Assembly: GCA_009914755.4 (NCBI GenBank)
Contig: CP068257.2
Location: 1,152,001-1,216,000 of the forward strand
Origin: the human T2T-CHM13v2.0 reference genome, Homo sapiens
Direction: 5' to 3'
Length of the DNA: 64,000 nucleotides
A model generated the notes under the pieces. The model was given only the letters and a program-made list of their open reading frames with translations, searched no databases and was not told the origin of the DNA. The translations under genes and the position numbers were made by a program. This document shows positions 28,201-43,455 of the stretch, piece by piece; within the stretch, counting starts at the first letter, position 1, and each line of letters begins with the position of its first letter.

Positions 28201-30099
28201 TGGAGTGGAATGGAACGGAATGGAGTGGAATGCAATAAACAACAGGGGAATGAAATGGATTGGAATGAAATGGAATGGAATGGAATGGAATGGAATGGAA
28301 TGGAATGGAATGAAATCAACTCGAGTTGAATGGAACGGAATGGAAGGGAATGGAAAGGAATGAATGGAATGGAATGGTGTGGCATCAACACGAGAGGCAT
28401 GGAATGGAATGGAATGGAACAGAACGGAATGGAAAGGAATGGAATGGAATGAACCCGAAGGGAATGCAATGGATTGGAATGGAATGGAATGCAATCAACC
28501 TGAGTGGAAAGGAATGGAATGGAATGGAGTGGAATGGAATGTAACGGAATGGAACGGAATGGAATGCAATGGAATCAACTGGAATGGAATGGAATGGAAT
28601 GGAATGGAATGGAATAAATCCGGGTGGAGTGGAATGGAATGTAATGGAGTGGAATGGAATGGAATTTAGTGGAGTGGAATGGAATGGAATGCAATCAACC
28701 CGAATGGAATGGAATGGAATGGAATGGAATGGAATGGAATGGAATCAACCCGAAAGGAATGGAATGGAATGGAATGGAATGGAATGGAATGGAATGGAAT
28801 CAACCCGAATTTGATGGCATGTAATGGAATTGAATGGAATGGAATGGAATGGAATGGAATGGAATGGAATGGAATGGAATCAACCCAAGTGCAATGGAAT
28901 GGAAGGGAATGCAATGGAATCCACACGAGTGGAATGGAATGGAATGGAATAGAATGGAATGGAATGGAATGGAATGGAATCGAATGGAATGGAATGGAGT
29001 GGAATGGAACGGAATGGAGTGGAATGCAATAAACGTCAGGAGAATGAAATGGATTGGAATGAAATGGAATGGAATGGAATGGAATGAAATCAACCCGAGT
29101 TGAATGGAACGGAATGGAATGGAATGAAAAGGAATGAATGGAATGGAATGGTGTGGAATCAACACGAGAGGAATTAAATGGAATGGAATGGAACGGAACG
29201 GAATTCAAACGAATGGAATGGAATGAACCCGAGTGGAATGGAATGGATTGGAATGGAATGGAATGGAATCAACACAAGCGGAAACTAATGGAATGGAATG
29301 GAGTGGAATGGAATGGAATGGAATTGAATGGAATCAACACGAATGGAATGGAACGGAATGGAATGGGTTGGGATGGAATGGAATGGAATGGAAGTTAATC
29401 AACACGAATGGAATGGAACGGAATGGAATGGAATGGAATGGAATGGAATGAAATGGAAAGGAACGGAATGGAATCAACACGAGTGGAATGGAGTGGAACG
29501 GAATGGAATCAACCCGAGTGGAATGAAATGAAATGTAATGTAATGGGATTGAGTGGAATCAACCCGAGTGGAACGGAATGGAACGGAATGGAATGGAATG
29601 GAATGAAATGGAACGGATCGGAATGGAATCCAATGGAATCAATTGGAATGGAATGGAATGGAATGGAAAGGAATGGAATAAATCCGGGTGGAGTGGAATG
29701 GAATGCAATGGAGTGGAACGTAATGGAATTTAGTGGAATGGAATGGAATGGAATGGAATGGAATGGAATGGAATAAGTCCGGGTAGAGAGGAATGGAATG
29801 TAACGGAGTGGAATGGAATGGAATTTAGGGGAATGGAATGGAATGGAATATAATGGAATGGAATGGAATGGAATGGAATGAAATCAAACCGAATGGAATG
29901 GAATGGAATGGAATGGAATGGAATGGAATCAACCTGAATGGGATGGCATGGAATGGAATTGAATGGAATGGAATTAACCCAAGTGCAATGGAATGGAATG
30001 AAATGCAATGGAATCCACCCGAGTGGAATGCAATGGAATGGAATGGAATGGAATGGAATGGAATGGAATGGAATGGAATGGAGTGGAATGGAACGGAAT

Positions 30100-33000
30100 G
30101 GAGTGGAATGGAATAAACACCAGGGGAATGAAATGGATTGGAATGAAATGTAATGGAATTTAATGGAATGCAATGAAATCAACCCGAGTGGAATGGAACG
30201 GAATGGTATGGAATGGAAAGGATTGAATGGAATGGAAGGGTGTGGAATCAACACGAGAGGAATGGAATGGAATGGAACGGAACGGAATGGAAAGGAATGG
30301 AATGGAATGAACCCGAATGGAATGGAATGGATTGGAATGGAATGGAATGGAAATAACCCGATCGGAAAGGAATGGAATGCAATGGAGTGGAATGGAATGT
30401 AGTGGAATGGAATGGAATGGAATGGAATCAACACGAATGGAATGGAACGGAATGGAATGGGATGGGATGGAATGGAATGGAATGAAATGGATTGGATGGG
30501 AATGGAATCCAATGGAATCAACTGGAATGGAATGGAATGGAATGGAATGGAATGGAATGCAATAATTCCGGGTGGAGTGGAATGGAATGTAATGGAGTGG
30601 AATGGAATGGAATTTAGTGGAATGGAATGGAATGGAATGGAATGGAATGGAATGGAATGGAATCAACCCGAATGGAATGGAACGGAATGGAATGGAATGG
30701 AATGGAATGGAATGGAATGGAATCAACACGAATGACATGGCATAGAATGCAATGGAACGGAATGGAATGGAATCAACCCGAATGGAATGGAAGGAAAGGG
30801 AATGGAAATGAATGGAATGGAATGGAATGGAATGGAATGGAATGGAATGGAATGGAATGGAATCAACCCAAATGGGATGGCATGGAATGGAATTGAATGG
30901 AATGGAATGGAATGGAATGGAATGGAATCAACCCAGTGCAATGGAATGGAATGGAATGCAATGGAATCCACCCGAGTGGAATGGAATGGAATGGAATGGA
31001 ATAGAATGGAATGGAATGGAATGGAATGGAATGGAATGGAATGGAATGGAGTGGAATGGAACGGAATGGAGTGGAATGGAATAAACACCAGGGGAATGAA
31101 ATGGATTGGAATGAAATGGAATGGAATGGAGTGGAATGGAATGAAATAAACCCGAGTGGAATGGAACGGAATGGAATGGAATGGAAAGGAATGAATGGAA
31201 TGGAATGGTGTGGAATCAACACGAGAGGAATGGAATGCAATGGAATGGAACGGAACGGAATGGAAAGGAATGGAATGGAATGAACCCGAAAGGAGTGAAA
31301 CGGATTGTAATGGAATGGAATAGAATCAACCCGAGCGGAAAGGAATGGAATGGAATGTAGTGGAATGTAATGTAATGTAATGGAATGGAATGGAATGGAA
31401 TCAACACGAATGGAATGGAACGGAATGGAATGGGATGGGATGGAATGGAATGGAATGCAAGTTAATCAACACGAATGGAATGGAACGGAATGGAATGGAA
31501 TGAAAAAGAAAGGAACAGAATGGAATCAATAAGAGTGGAATGGAATGGATCGGAGTGGAATAAACTCGATTGGAATGAAATGGAATGTAATGCAATGGGA
31601 TGGAGCAGAATCAACCCGAGTGAAATGGAATGGAATGGAATGGAAGGAATTGAATGGAATGGAATGGAATGAAATGGAATGGAATGGATCGGAGTGGAAT
31701 CTAATGGAATCAACCGGAATGGAATGGAATGCAATGGAATGAAATGGAATGGAATGCAATGGAATGGAATGGAAAGGAATAAATCCGGGTGGAGTGGAAT
31801 GGAAAGTAATGGAGTGGAATGTAATGGAATTTAGTGGAATGGAATGGAATGGAATGGAATGGAATGAAATCTATTGGATCGGAATGGAATCCAATGGAAT
31901 AAACTGGAATGGAATGGAATGGCATGGAATGGAATGGAATGGAATGGAATGGAATAAATCCGGGTGGAGTGGAATGGAATGTAATAGAGTGGAATGGAAT
32001 GGAATTTAGTGCAATGGAATGGAATGCAATGGAATGGAATGGAATGGAATGGAATCAACCCGAATGGAATGGAACGGAATGGAATGGAATGGAATGGAAT
32101 GGAATGGAATCAACACGAATGGCATGGCATAGAATGGAATGGAATGGAATGGAATGGACCCGAATGGAATGGAATGGATTGGAATGGAATGGAATGGAAT
32201 CAACCCGAGCGGAAAGGAATTGAATGGAATGGAGTGGAATGGAATATAATGGAATGGAATGGAAAGGAATGGAATCAACACGAATGGAATGGAACGGAAT
32301 GGAATGAGATGGGATGGAATGGAATGGAATGGAAGTTAATCAACAGGAATGGAATGCAACGGAATGGAATGGAATGGAATGGAATGAACCCGAATGGAAT
32401 TGAATGGATTGGAATGCAATGGAATGGAATCAACCAGAGCGGAAAGGATTCGAATGGAATGGAGTGGAATGTAATGTAATGTAATGGAATGGAATGGAAT
32501 GGAATCAACACGAATGGAATGGAACGGAATGGAATGGTATGGGATGGAATGGAATGGAATGGAAGTTAATCAACACGAATGGAGTGGAATGGAATGGAAT
32601 GGAATGGAATGGAATGGAATGGAATGGAATTAAATTGTAAAGGAACGGAATGGAATCAACACGACTGGAATGGAATGGAACGGAATGGAATCAACCCGAG
32701 TGGAATGAAATGGAATGTAGTGCAATGGGATGGAGTGGAATCAACCCGAGTGGAATGGAATGGAATGGAATGGAATGGAATGGAAAGGAATGGAATGAAA
32801 TGGATTGGATCGGAATGGAATCCAATCGAATTAACTGGAATGGAATGGAATGGAATGGAATGGAATAAATCCGGGTGGAGTGGAATGGAATGTAATGGAG
32901 TGGAATGGAATGGAATTTTGTGGGATGGAATGGAATGGAATGGAATCAACCGGAATGGGATGGCATGGAATGGAAGTGAGTGGAATGGAATGGAATGGAA

Positions 33001-36000
33001 TGGAATGGAATGGAATCAAACCAAGTGCAATGGAATGGAATGGAATGCAGTGGAATCCACCTGAGTGGAATGGAATGGAATGGAATGGAATGGAATGGAA
33101 TAGAATGGAGTGGAATGGAACGGAATGGAATGGAATGGAACGGAATAGAATGGAACGAACCCGAATGGAATGGAATGGAATTAACCCGAATGGAATGGAA
33201 TGGATTGGAATGGAATGCAATGGAATCAACCTGAGCGGAAAGGAATGGAATGGAATGGAGTGGAATGTAATGTAATGGAATGGAATGGAATGGAATCAAC
33301 CCGAATGGAATGGAACGGAATGGAATGGAAAGGAATGGAATGGAATGGAATGAAATGGAATGGAATGGAGTGGAATCTAACGGAATGGAGTGGAATGCAA
33401 TAAACACCAGGGGAATGAAATGGATTGGAATGAAATGGAATGGAATGGAATGGAATGAAATCAACCCGAGTGGAATTGAACGGAATGGAATGGAATGGAA
33501 AGAAATGAATGGAATGGAATGGGGTGGAATCAACATGAGAGGAATGGAATGCAGTGGAATGGAATGTGATGTAATGGAAAGGAATGGAATGGAATCAACA
33601 CGAATGGAATGGAACGGAATGGAATGGGATGGGATGGAATTTAATAGAATGGAAGTTAATCAACACGAATGGAATGGAACGGAATGGAATGGAATGGAAT
33701 GGAATGGAATGGAATGGAATGGAAAGGAATGAATGGAAAGGAACGGAATGGAATCAACACGAGTGGAATGTAATGGAACGGAATGGAATCAACCCGAGTG
33801 GGATGAAATGGAATGTAATGCAATGAGATGGAGGGGAATCAACCCGAGTGGAATGGAATGGAATGGAATGGAATGGAATGGAATGGAATGGAATGAAATA
33901 GAATGGATCCGAAAGGAATCCATTGGAATCAACTGGAATGGAATGGAATGGAATGGAATGGAATGGAATAAATCCGGGTGGAGTGGATTGGAATGTAATG
34001 GAGAGCAATGTAATCGAATTTTTTGGAATGGAATGGAATGGAATGGAATGGAATGGAATGAAATGGATTGGATCGGGATGGAATCCAATGGAATCAACTG
34101 GAATGGAATGGAATGGAAGGGAATGGAATGGAATAAATCCGGGTGGAGTGGAATGGAAAGTAATGGAGTGGAATGTAATGGAATTTAGTGGAATGGAATG
34201 GAATGGAATGGAATGGAATGAAATGGATTGGATCGGAATGGAATCCAATGGAATCAACTGGAATGGAATGGAATGGAATGGAATGGAATAAATACGGGTG
34301 GAGTGGAATGGAATGGAATGGAGTGGAATGGAATGGAATTTAGTGGGATGGAATGGAATGGAATGGAATGGAATGGAATGGAATGGAATCAACCGGAATG
34401 GGATGGCATGGAATGGAATTGAGTGGAATGGAATGGAATGGAATGGAAAGGAATCAAACCAAGTGCAATGAAATGGAATGGAATGCAATGGAATCCACCC
34501 GAGTGGAATGGAATGGAATGGAATGGAATGGAATGGAATGGAATGGAATGGAATAGAAAGGAATGGAGTGGAATGGAATAAACACCAGGGGAATGAAATG
34601 GATTGGAATGAAATGGAATGGAATGGAATGGAATGGAATGAAATCAACCCGAGTGGAATGGAACGGAATGGAATGGAAAGGAATGGAATAGAATGAAATG
34701 GCAAGGAATGGAATGGAATGGAATGGAATCAACCCAAATGGGATGGCATGGAATGGAATTGAATGGAATGGAATGGAATGGAATGGAATCAACCCAAGTG
34801 CAATGGAATGGAATGGAATGCAATGGAATCTACCCGAGTGGAATGGAATGGAATGGAATGGAATGGAATGGAATGGAATGGACTGGAATGGAATGGAATG
34901 GAGTCGAATGGAACGGAACGGAGTGGAATGGAATAAACACCAGGGGAATGAAATGGATTGGAATGAAATGGAATGGAATGGAATGGAATGGAATGGAATG
35001 AAATCAACCCGAGTGGAATGGAACGGAATGGAATGGAATGGATAGGAATTAATGGAATGGAATGGTGTGGAATCAACACGAGAGGAATGGAATGGAATGG
35101 AATGGAACGGAATGGAATGGAAAGGAATGGAATGGAATGAACCCGAATGGAATGGAATGGATTGGAATGGAATGGAATGGAATCAACCCGAGCAGAAAGG
35201 AATGGAATGTAATGGAGTGGAATGGAATGGAATGGAATGGAATGGAATGGAATGGAATCAACACGAATGGAATGGAACGGAATGGAATGGGATGGGTTGG
35301 AATGGAATGGAATGGAACTTAATCAAGACGAATGGAAAGGAATGAAATGGAATGAACCCGAATGGAATGGAATGAACCCGAATGGAATGGAATGGATTGG
35401 AATGCAATGGAATGGAATCAACCTGAGAAGAAAGGAATGGAATGGAATGGAGTGGAATGGAATGTAATGGAATGGAATGGAATGGAATGGAATCAACACG
35501 AATGGAATGGAATGGAATGGAATGGGATGGGATGGAATGGAATGGAATGGATGTTAATCAACACGAATGGAATGGAACGGAATGGAATGGAATGGAATGG
35601 AATGGAATGAACCCGAATGGAATGGAATGGATTGGAATGGAATGGAATGGAATCAACACGAGCGGAAAGGAATGGAATGGAATGGAGTGGAATGGAAAGT
35701 AATGGAATGGAATGGAATGGAATGGAATCAACACGAATGGAATGGAACGGAATGGAATGGGATGGGATGGAATGGAATGGAATGGAAGTTAATCAACACG
35801 AATGGAATGGAACGGAATGGAAAGGAATGGTATGGAATGAAACCCAATGGAATGGAATGGATTGGAATGGAATGGAATGGAATCAACCCGAGCGGAAAGG
35901 AATGGAATCAAATGGAGTGGAATGGAAAGTAATGTAACGGAATGAAATGGAATGGAATCAACATGAATGGAATGGAACGGAATGGAATTTGATGGGATGG

Positions 36001-36753
36001 AATGGAATGGAATGAACCCGAATGGAATGGAATGGATTGGAATGGAATGGAATGGAATCAACCCGAGCGGAAAGGAATTGAATGGAACGGAGTGGAATGG
36101 AATATAATGGAATGGAATGGAAAGGAATGGAATCAACAAGAATGGAATGGAACGTAATGGAATGGGATGGGATGGAATGGAATGGAATGGAAGTTAATCA
36201 ACACGAATGGAATGGAACGGAATGGAATGGAATGGAATGGAATGAACCCGAATGGGATGGAATGGATTGGAATGGAATGGAATGGAATCAACCCGAGAGG
36301 AAAGGATTGGAATGGAATGGAGTGGAATGGAATGTAATGGAATGGAATGGAATAGAATGGTATCAAAACGAATGGAATGGAACAGAATGGAATGGTATGG
36401 GATGGAATGGAATGGAATGGAAGTTAATCAACACGAATGGAATGGAACAGAATGGAATGGAATGGAATGGAATGGAATGGAATGAAATGGAAAGGAACGG
36501 AATGGAATCAACACGAGTGGAATGGAGTGGAATGGAATGGAATCAACCCGAGTGGAATGAAATGGAATGTAGTGCAATGGGATGGAGTGGAATCAACCCG
36601 AGTGGAATGGAATGTAATGGAAGTTAATCAACACGAATTGAATGGAACGGAATAGAATGGAATGGAATGGAATGGAAGGGAATGGAATGGAATGGAATGG
36701 AATGGAATGGAATGGAGTGGAATGGAACGGAATGGAGTGGAATGGAACGGAAT
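30100..36753 (+). repeat. Copy 1 of a 6,654-bp near-identical tandem duplication within the satellite array
   Basis: Dozens of ORF translations recur with an exact +6654 coordinate shift: 30160..30738 = 36814..37392, 31216..31407 = 37870..38061, 32579..33064 = 39233..39718, 33754..34704 = 40408..41358 and 36082..36627 = 42736..43281. Direct alignment of 30131.. against 36785.. shows only two single-base differences. Confidence 0.9.
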
Positions 36754-39700
36754 GGAGTGGAATGGAATAAACACCAGGGAAATGAAATGGATTGGAATGA
36801 AATGTAATGGAATTTAATGGAATGCAATGAAATCAACCCGAGTGGAATGGAACGGAATGGTATGGAATGGAAAGGATTGAATGGAATGGAAGGGTGTGGA
36901 ATCAACACGAGAGGAATGGAATGGAATGGAACGGAACGGAATGGAAAGGAATGGAATGGAATGAACCCGAATGGAATGGAATGGATTGGAATGGAATGGA
37001 ATGGAAATAACCCGATCGGAAAGGAATGGAATGCAATGGAGTGGAATGGAATGTAGTGGAATGGAATGGAATGGAATGGAATCAACACGAATGGAATGGA
37101 ACGGAATGGAATGGGATGGGATGGAATGGAATGGAATGAAATGGATTGGATGGGAATGGAATCCAATGGAATCAACTGGAATGGAATGGAATGGAATGGA
37201 ATGGAATGGAATGCAATAATTCCGGGTGGAGTGGAATGGAATGTAATGGAGTGGAATGGAATGGAATTTAGTGGAATGGAATGGAATGGAATGGAATGGA
37301 ATGGAATGGAATGGAATCAACCCGAATGGAATGGAACGGAATGGAATGGAATGGAATGGAATGGAATGGAATGGAATCAACACGAATGACATGGCATAGA
37401 ATGCAATGGAACGGAATGGAATGGAATCAACCCGAATGGAATGGAAGGAAAGGGAATGGAAATGAATGGAATGGAATGGAATGGAATGGAATGGAATGGA
37501 ATGGAATGGAATGGAATCAACCCAAATGGGATGGCATGGAATGGAATTGAATGGAATGGAATGGAATGGAATGGAATGGAATCAACCCAGTGCAATGGAA
37601 TGGAATGGAATGCAATGGAATCCACCCGAGTGGAATGGAATGGAATGGAATGGAATAGAATGGAATGGAATGGAATGGAATGGAATGGAATGGAATGGAA
37701 TGGAGTGGAATGGAACGGAATGGAGTGGAATGGAATAAACACCAGGGGAATGAAATGGATTGGAATGAAATGGAATGGAATGGAGTGGAATGGAATGAAA
37801 TAAACCCGAGTGGAATGGAACGGAATGGAATGGAATGGAAAGGAATGAATGGAATGGAATGGTGTGGAATCAACACGAGAGGAATGGAATGCAATGGAAT
37901 GGAACGGAACGGAATGGAAAGGAATGGAATGGAATGAACCCGAAAGGAGTGAAACGGATTGTAATGGAATGGAATAGAATCAACCCGAGCGGAAAGGAAT
38001 GGAATGGAATGTAGTGGAATGTAATGTAATGTAATGGAATGGAATGGAATGGAATCAACACGAATGGAATGGAACGGAATGGAATGGGATGGGATGGAAT
38101 GGAATGGAATGCAAGTTAATCAACACGAATGGAATGGAACGGAATGGAATGGAATGAAAAAGAAAGGAACAGAATGGAATCAATAAGAGTGGAATGGAAT
38201 GGATCGGAGTGGAATAAACTCGATTGGAATGAAATGGAATGTAATGCAATGGGATGGAGCAGAATCAACCCGAGTGAAATGGAATGGAATGGAATGGAAG
38301 GAATTGAATGGAATGGAATGGAATGAAATGGAATGGAATGGATCGGAGTGGAATCTAATGGAATCAACCGGAATGGAATGGAATGCAATGGAATGAAATG
38401 GAATGGAATGCAATGGAATGGAATGGAAAGGAATAAATCCGGGTGGAGTGGAATGGAAAGTAATGGAGTGGAATGTAATGGAATTTAGTGGAATGGAATG
38501 GAATGGAATGGAATGGAATGAAATCTATTGGATCGGAATGGAATCCAATGGAATAAACTGGAATGGAATGGAATGGCATGGAATGGAATGGAATGGAATG
38601 GAATGGAATAAATCCGGGTGGAGTGGAATGGAATGTAATAGAGTGGAATGGAATGGAATTTAGTGCAATGGAATGGAATGCAATGGAATGGAATGGAATG
38701 GAATGGAATCAACCCGAATGGAATGGAACGGAATGGAATGGAATGGAATGGAATGGAATGGAATCAACACGAATGGCATGGCATAGAATGGAATGGAATG
38801 GAATGGAATGGACCCGAATGGAATGGAATGGATTGGAATGGAATGGAATGGAATCAACCCGAGCGGAAAGGAATTGAATGGAATGGAGTGGAATGGAATA
38901 TAATGGAATGGAATGGAAAGGAATGGAATCAACACGAATGGAATGGAACGGAATGGAATGAGATGGGATGGAATGGAATGGAATGGAAGTTAATCAACAG
39001 GAATGGAATGCAACGGAATGGAATGGAATGGAATGGAATGAACCCGAATGGAATTGAATGGATTGGAATGCAATGGAATGGAATCAACCAGAGCGGAAAG
39101 GATTCGAATGGAATGGAGTGGAATGTAATGTAATGTAATGGAATGGAATGGAATGGAATCAACACGAATGGAATGGAACGGAATGGAATGGTATGGGATG
39201 GAATGGAATGGAATGGAAGTTAATCAACACGAATGGAGTGGAATGGAATGGAATGGAATGGAATGGAATGGAATGGAATGGAATTAAATTGTAAAGGAAC
39301 GGAATGGAATCAACACGACTGGAATGGAATGGAACGGAATGGAATCAACCCGAGTGGAATGAAATGGAATGTAGTGCAATGGGATGGAGTGGAATCAACC
39401 CGAGTGGAATGGAATGGAATGGAATGGAATGGAATGGAAAGGAATGGAATGAAATGGATTGGATCGGAATGGAATCCAATCGAATTAACTGGAATGGAAT
39501 GGAATGGAATGGAATGGAATAAATCCGGGTGGAGTGGAATGGAATGTAATGGAGTGGAATGGAATGGAATTTTGTGGGATGGAATGGAATGGAATGGAAT
39601 CAACCGGAATGGGATGGCATGGAATGGAAGTGAGTGGAATGGAATGGAATGGAATGGAATGGAATGGAATCAAACCAAGTGCAATGGAATGGAATGGAAT

Positions 39701-42700
39701 GCAGTGGAATCCACCTGAGTGGAATGGAATGGAATGGAATGGAATGGAATGGAATAGAATGGAGTGGAATGGAACGGAATGGAATGGAATGGAACGGAAT
39801 AGAATGGAACGAACCCGAATGGAATGGAATGGAATTAACCCGAATGGAATGGAATGGATTGGAATGGAATGCAATGGAATCAACCTGAGCGGAAAGGAAT
39901 GGAATGGAATGGAGTGGAATGTAATGTAATGGAATGGAATGGAATGGAATCAACCCGAATGGAATGGAACGGAATGGAATGGAAAGGAATGGAATGGAAT
40001 GGAATGAAATGGAATGGAATGGAGTGGAATCTAACGGAATGGAGTGGAATGCAATAAACACCAGGGGAATGAAATGGATTGGAATGAAATGGAATGGAAT
40101 GGAATGGAATGAAATCAACCCGAGTGGAATTGAACGGAATGGAATGGAATGGAAAGAAATGAATGGAATGGAATGGGGTGGAATCAACATGAGAGGAATG
40201 GAATGCAGTGGAATGGAATGTGATGTAATGGAAAGGAATGGAATGGAATCAACACGAATGGAATGGAACGGAATGGAATGGGATGGGATGGAATTTAATA
40301 GAATGGAAGTTAATCAACACGAATGGAATGGAACGGAATGGAATGGAATGGAATGGAATGGAATGGAATGGAATGGAAAGGAATGAATGGAAAGGAACGG
40401 AATGGAATCAACACGAGTGGAATGTAATGGAACGGAATGGAATCAACCCGAGTGGGATGAAATGGAATGTAATGCAATGAGATGGAGGGGAATCAACCCG
40501 AGTGGAATGGAATGGAATGGAATGGAATGGAATGGAATGGAATGGAATGAAATAGAATGGATCCGAAAGGAATCCATTGGAATCAACTGGAATGGAATGG
40601 AATGGAATGGAATGGAATGGAATAAATCCGGGTGGAGTGGATTGGAATGTAATGGAGAGCAATGTAATCGAATTTTTTGGAATGGAATGGAATGGAATGG
40701 AATGGAATGGAATGAAATGGATTGGATCGGGATGGAATCCAATGGAATCAACTGGAATGGAATGGAATGGAAGGGAATGGAATGGAATAAATCCGGGTGG
40801 AGTGGAATGGAAAGTAATGGAGTGGAATGTAATGGAATTTAGTGGAATGGAATGGAATGGAATGGAATGGAATGAAATGGATTGGATCGGAATGGAATCC
40901 AATGGAATCAACTGGAATGGAATGGAATGGAATGGAATGGAATAAATACGGGTGGAGTGGAATGGAATGGAATGGAGTGGAATGGAATGGAATTTAGTGG
41001 GATGGAATGGAATGGAATGGAATGGAATGGAATGGAATGGAATCAACCGGAATGGGATGGCATGGAATGGAATTGAGTGGAATGGAATGGAATGGAATGG
41101 AAAGGAATCAAACCAAGTGCAATGAAATGGAATGGAATGCAATGGAATCCACCCGAGTGGAATGGAATGGAATGGAATGGAATGGAATGGAATGGAATGG
41201 AATGGAATAGAAAGGAATGGAGTGGAATGGAATAAACACCAGGGGAATGAAATGGATTGGAATGAAATGGAATGGAATGGAATGGAATGGAATGAAATCA
41301 ACCCGAGTGGAATGGAACGGAATGGAATGGAAAGGAATGGAATAGAATGAAATGGCAAGGAATGGAATGGAATGGAATGGAATCAACCCAAATGGGATGG
41401 CATGGAATGGAATTGAATGGAATGGAATGGAATGAAATGGAATCAACCCAAGTGCAATGGAATGGAATGGAATGCAATGGAATCTACCCGAGTGGAATGG
41501 AATGGAATGGAATGGAATGGAATGGAATGGAATGGACTGGAATGGAATGGAATGGAGTCGAATGGAACGGAACGGAGTGGAATGGAATAAACACCAGGGG
41601 AATGAAATGGATTGGAATGAAATGGAATGGAATGGAATGGAATGGAATGGAATGAAATCAACCCGAGTGGAATGGAACGGAATGGAATGGAATGGATAGG
41701 AATTAATGGAATGGAATGGTGTGGAATCAACACGAGAGGAATGGAATGGAATGGAATGGAACGGAATGGAATGGAAAGGAATGGAATGGAATGAACCCGA
41801 ATGGAATGGAATGGATTGGAATGGAATGGAATGGAATCAACCCGAGCAGAAAGGAATGGAATGTAATGGAGTGGAATGGAATGGAATGGAATGGAATGGA
41901 ATGGAATGGAATCAACACGAATGGAATGGAACGGAATGGAATGGGATGGGTTGGAATGGAATGGAATGGAACTTAATCAAGACGAATGGAAAGGAATGAA
42001 ATGGAATGAACCCGAATGGAATGGAATGAACCCGAATGGAATGGAATGGATTGGAATGCAATGGAATGGAATCAACCTGAGAAGAAAGGAATGGAATGGA
42101 ATGGAGTGGAATGGAATGTAATGGAATGGAATGGAATGGAATGGAATCAACACGAATGGAATGGAATGGAATGGAATGGGATGGGATGGAATGGAATGGA
42201 ATGGATGTTAATCAACACGAATGGAATGGAACGGAATGGAATGGAATGGAATGGAATGGAATGAACCCGAATGGAATGGAATGGATTGGAATGGAATGGA
42301 ATGGAATCAACACGAGCGGAAAGGAATGGAATGGAATGGAGTGGAATGGAAAGTAATGGAATGGAATGGAATGGAATGGAATCAACACGAATGGAATGGA
42401 ACGGAATGGAATGGGATGGGATGGAATGGAATGGAATGGAAGTTAATCAACACGAATGGAATGGAACGGAATGGAAAGGAATGGTATGGAATGAAACCCA
42501 ATGGAATGGAATGGATTGGAATGGAATGGAATGGAATCAACCCGAGCGGAAAGGAATGGAATCAAATGGAGTGGAATGGAAAGTAATGTAACGGAATGAA
42601 ATGGAATGGAATCAACATGAATGGAATGGAACGGAATGGAATTTGATGGGATGGAATGGAATGGAATGAACCCGAATGGAATGGAATGGATTGGAATGGA

Positions 42701-43407
42701 ATGGAATGGAATCAACCCGAGCGGAAAGGAATTGAATGGAACGGAGTGGAATGGAATATAATGGAATGGAATGGAAAGGAATGGAATCAACAAGAATGGA
42801 ATGGAACGTAATGGAATGGGATGGGATGGAATGGAATGGAATGGAAGTTAATCAACACGAATGGAATGGAACGGAATGGAATGGAATGGAATGGAATGAA
42901 CCCGAATGGGATGGAATGGATTGGAATGGAATGGAATGGAATCAACCCGAGAGGAAAGGATTGGAATGGAATGGAGTGGAATGGAATGTAATGGAATGGA
43001 ATGGAATAGAATGGTATCAAAACGAATGGAATGGAACAGAATGGAATGGTATGGGATGGAATGGAATGGAATGGAAGTTAATCAACACGAATGGAATGGA
43101 ACAGAATGGAATGGAATGGAATGGAATGGAATGGAATGAAATGGAAAGGAACGGAATGGAATCAACACGAGTGGAATGGAGTGGAATGGAATGGAATCAA
43201 CCCGAGTGGAATGAAATGGAATGTAGTGCAATGGGATGGAGTGGAATCAACCCGAGTGGAATGGAATGTAATGGAAGTTAATCAACACGAATTGAATGGA
43301 ACGGAATAGAATGGAATGGAATGGAATGGAAGGGAATGGAATGGAATGGAATGGAATGGAATGGAATGGAGTGGAATGGAACGGAATGGAGTGGAATGGA
43401 ACGGAAT
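36754..43407 (+). repeat. Copy 2 of the 6,654-bp tandem duplication
   Basis: Same evidence as copy 1. Differences seen: G at 30125 versus A at 36779, and G at 34781 versus A at 41435. Both are GGAATG to GAAATG transitions. Everything else compared through the ORF track is identical. Confidence 0.9.
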
Positions 43408-43455
43408 GGAGTGGAATGGAATAAACACCAGGGAAATGAAATGGATTGGAATGAA
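43408..43455 (+). repeat. Start of a truncated third copy of the 6.65-kb unit (about 50-100 bp) before the sequence diverges
   Basis: 43351-43455 (..ggagtggaatggaataaacaccagggaaatgaaatggattggaatgaaatg) matches 36697-36804. From 43456 the sequences diverge: gaatggaatggaataaatccgg here versus taatggaatttaatgg at the start of copy 2. Confidence 0.7.
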
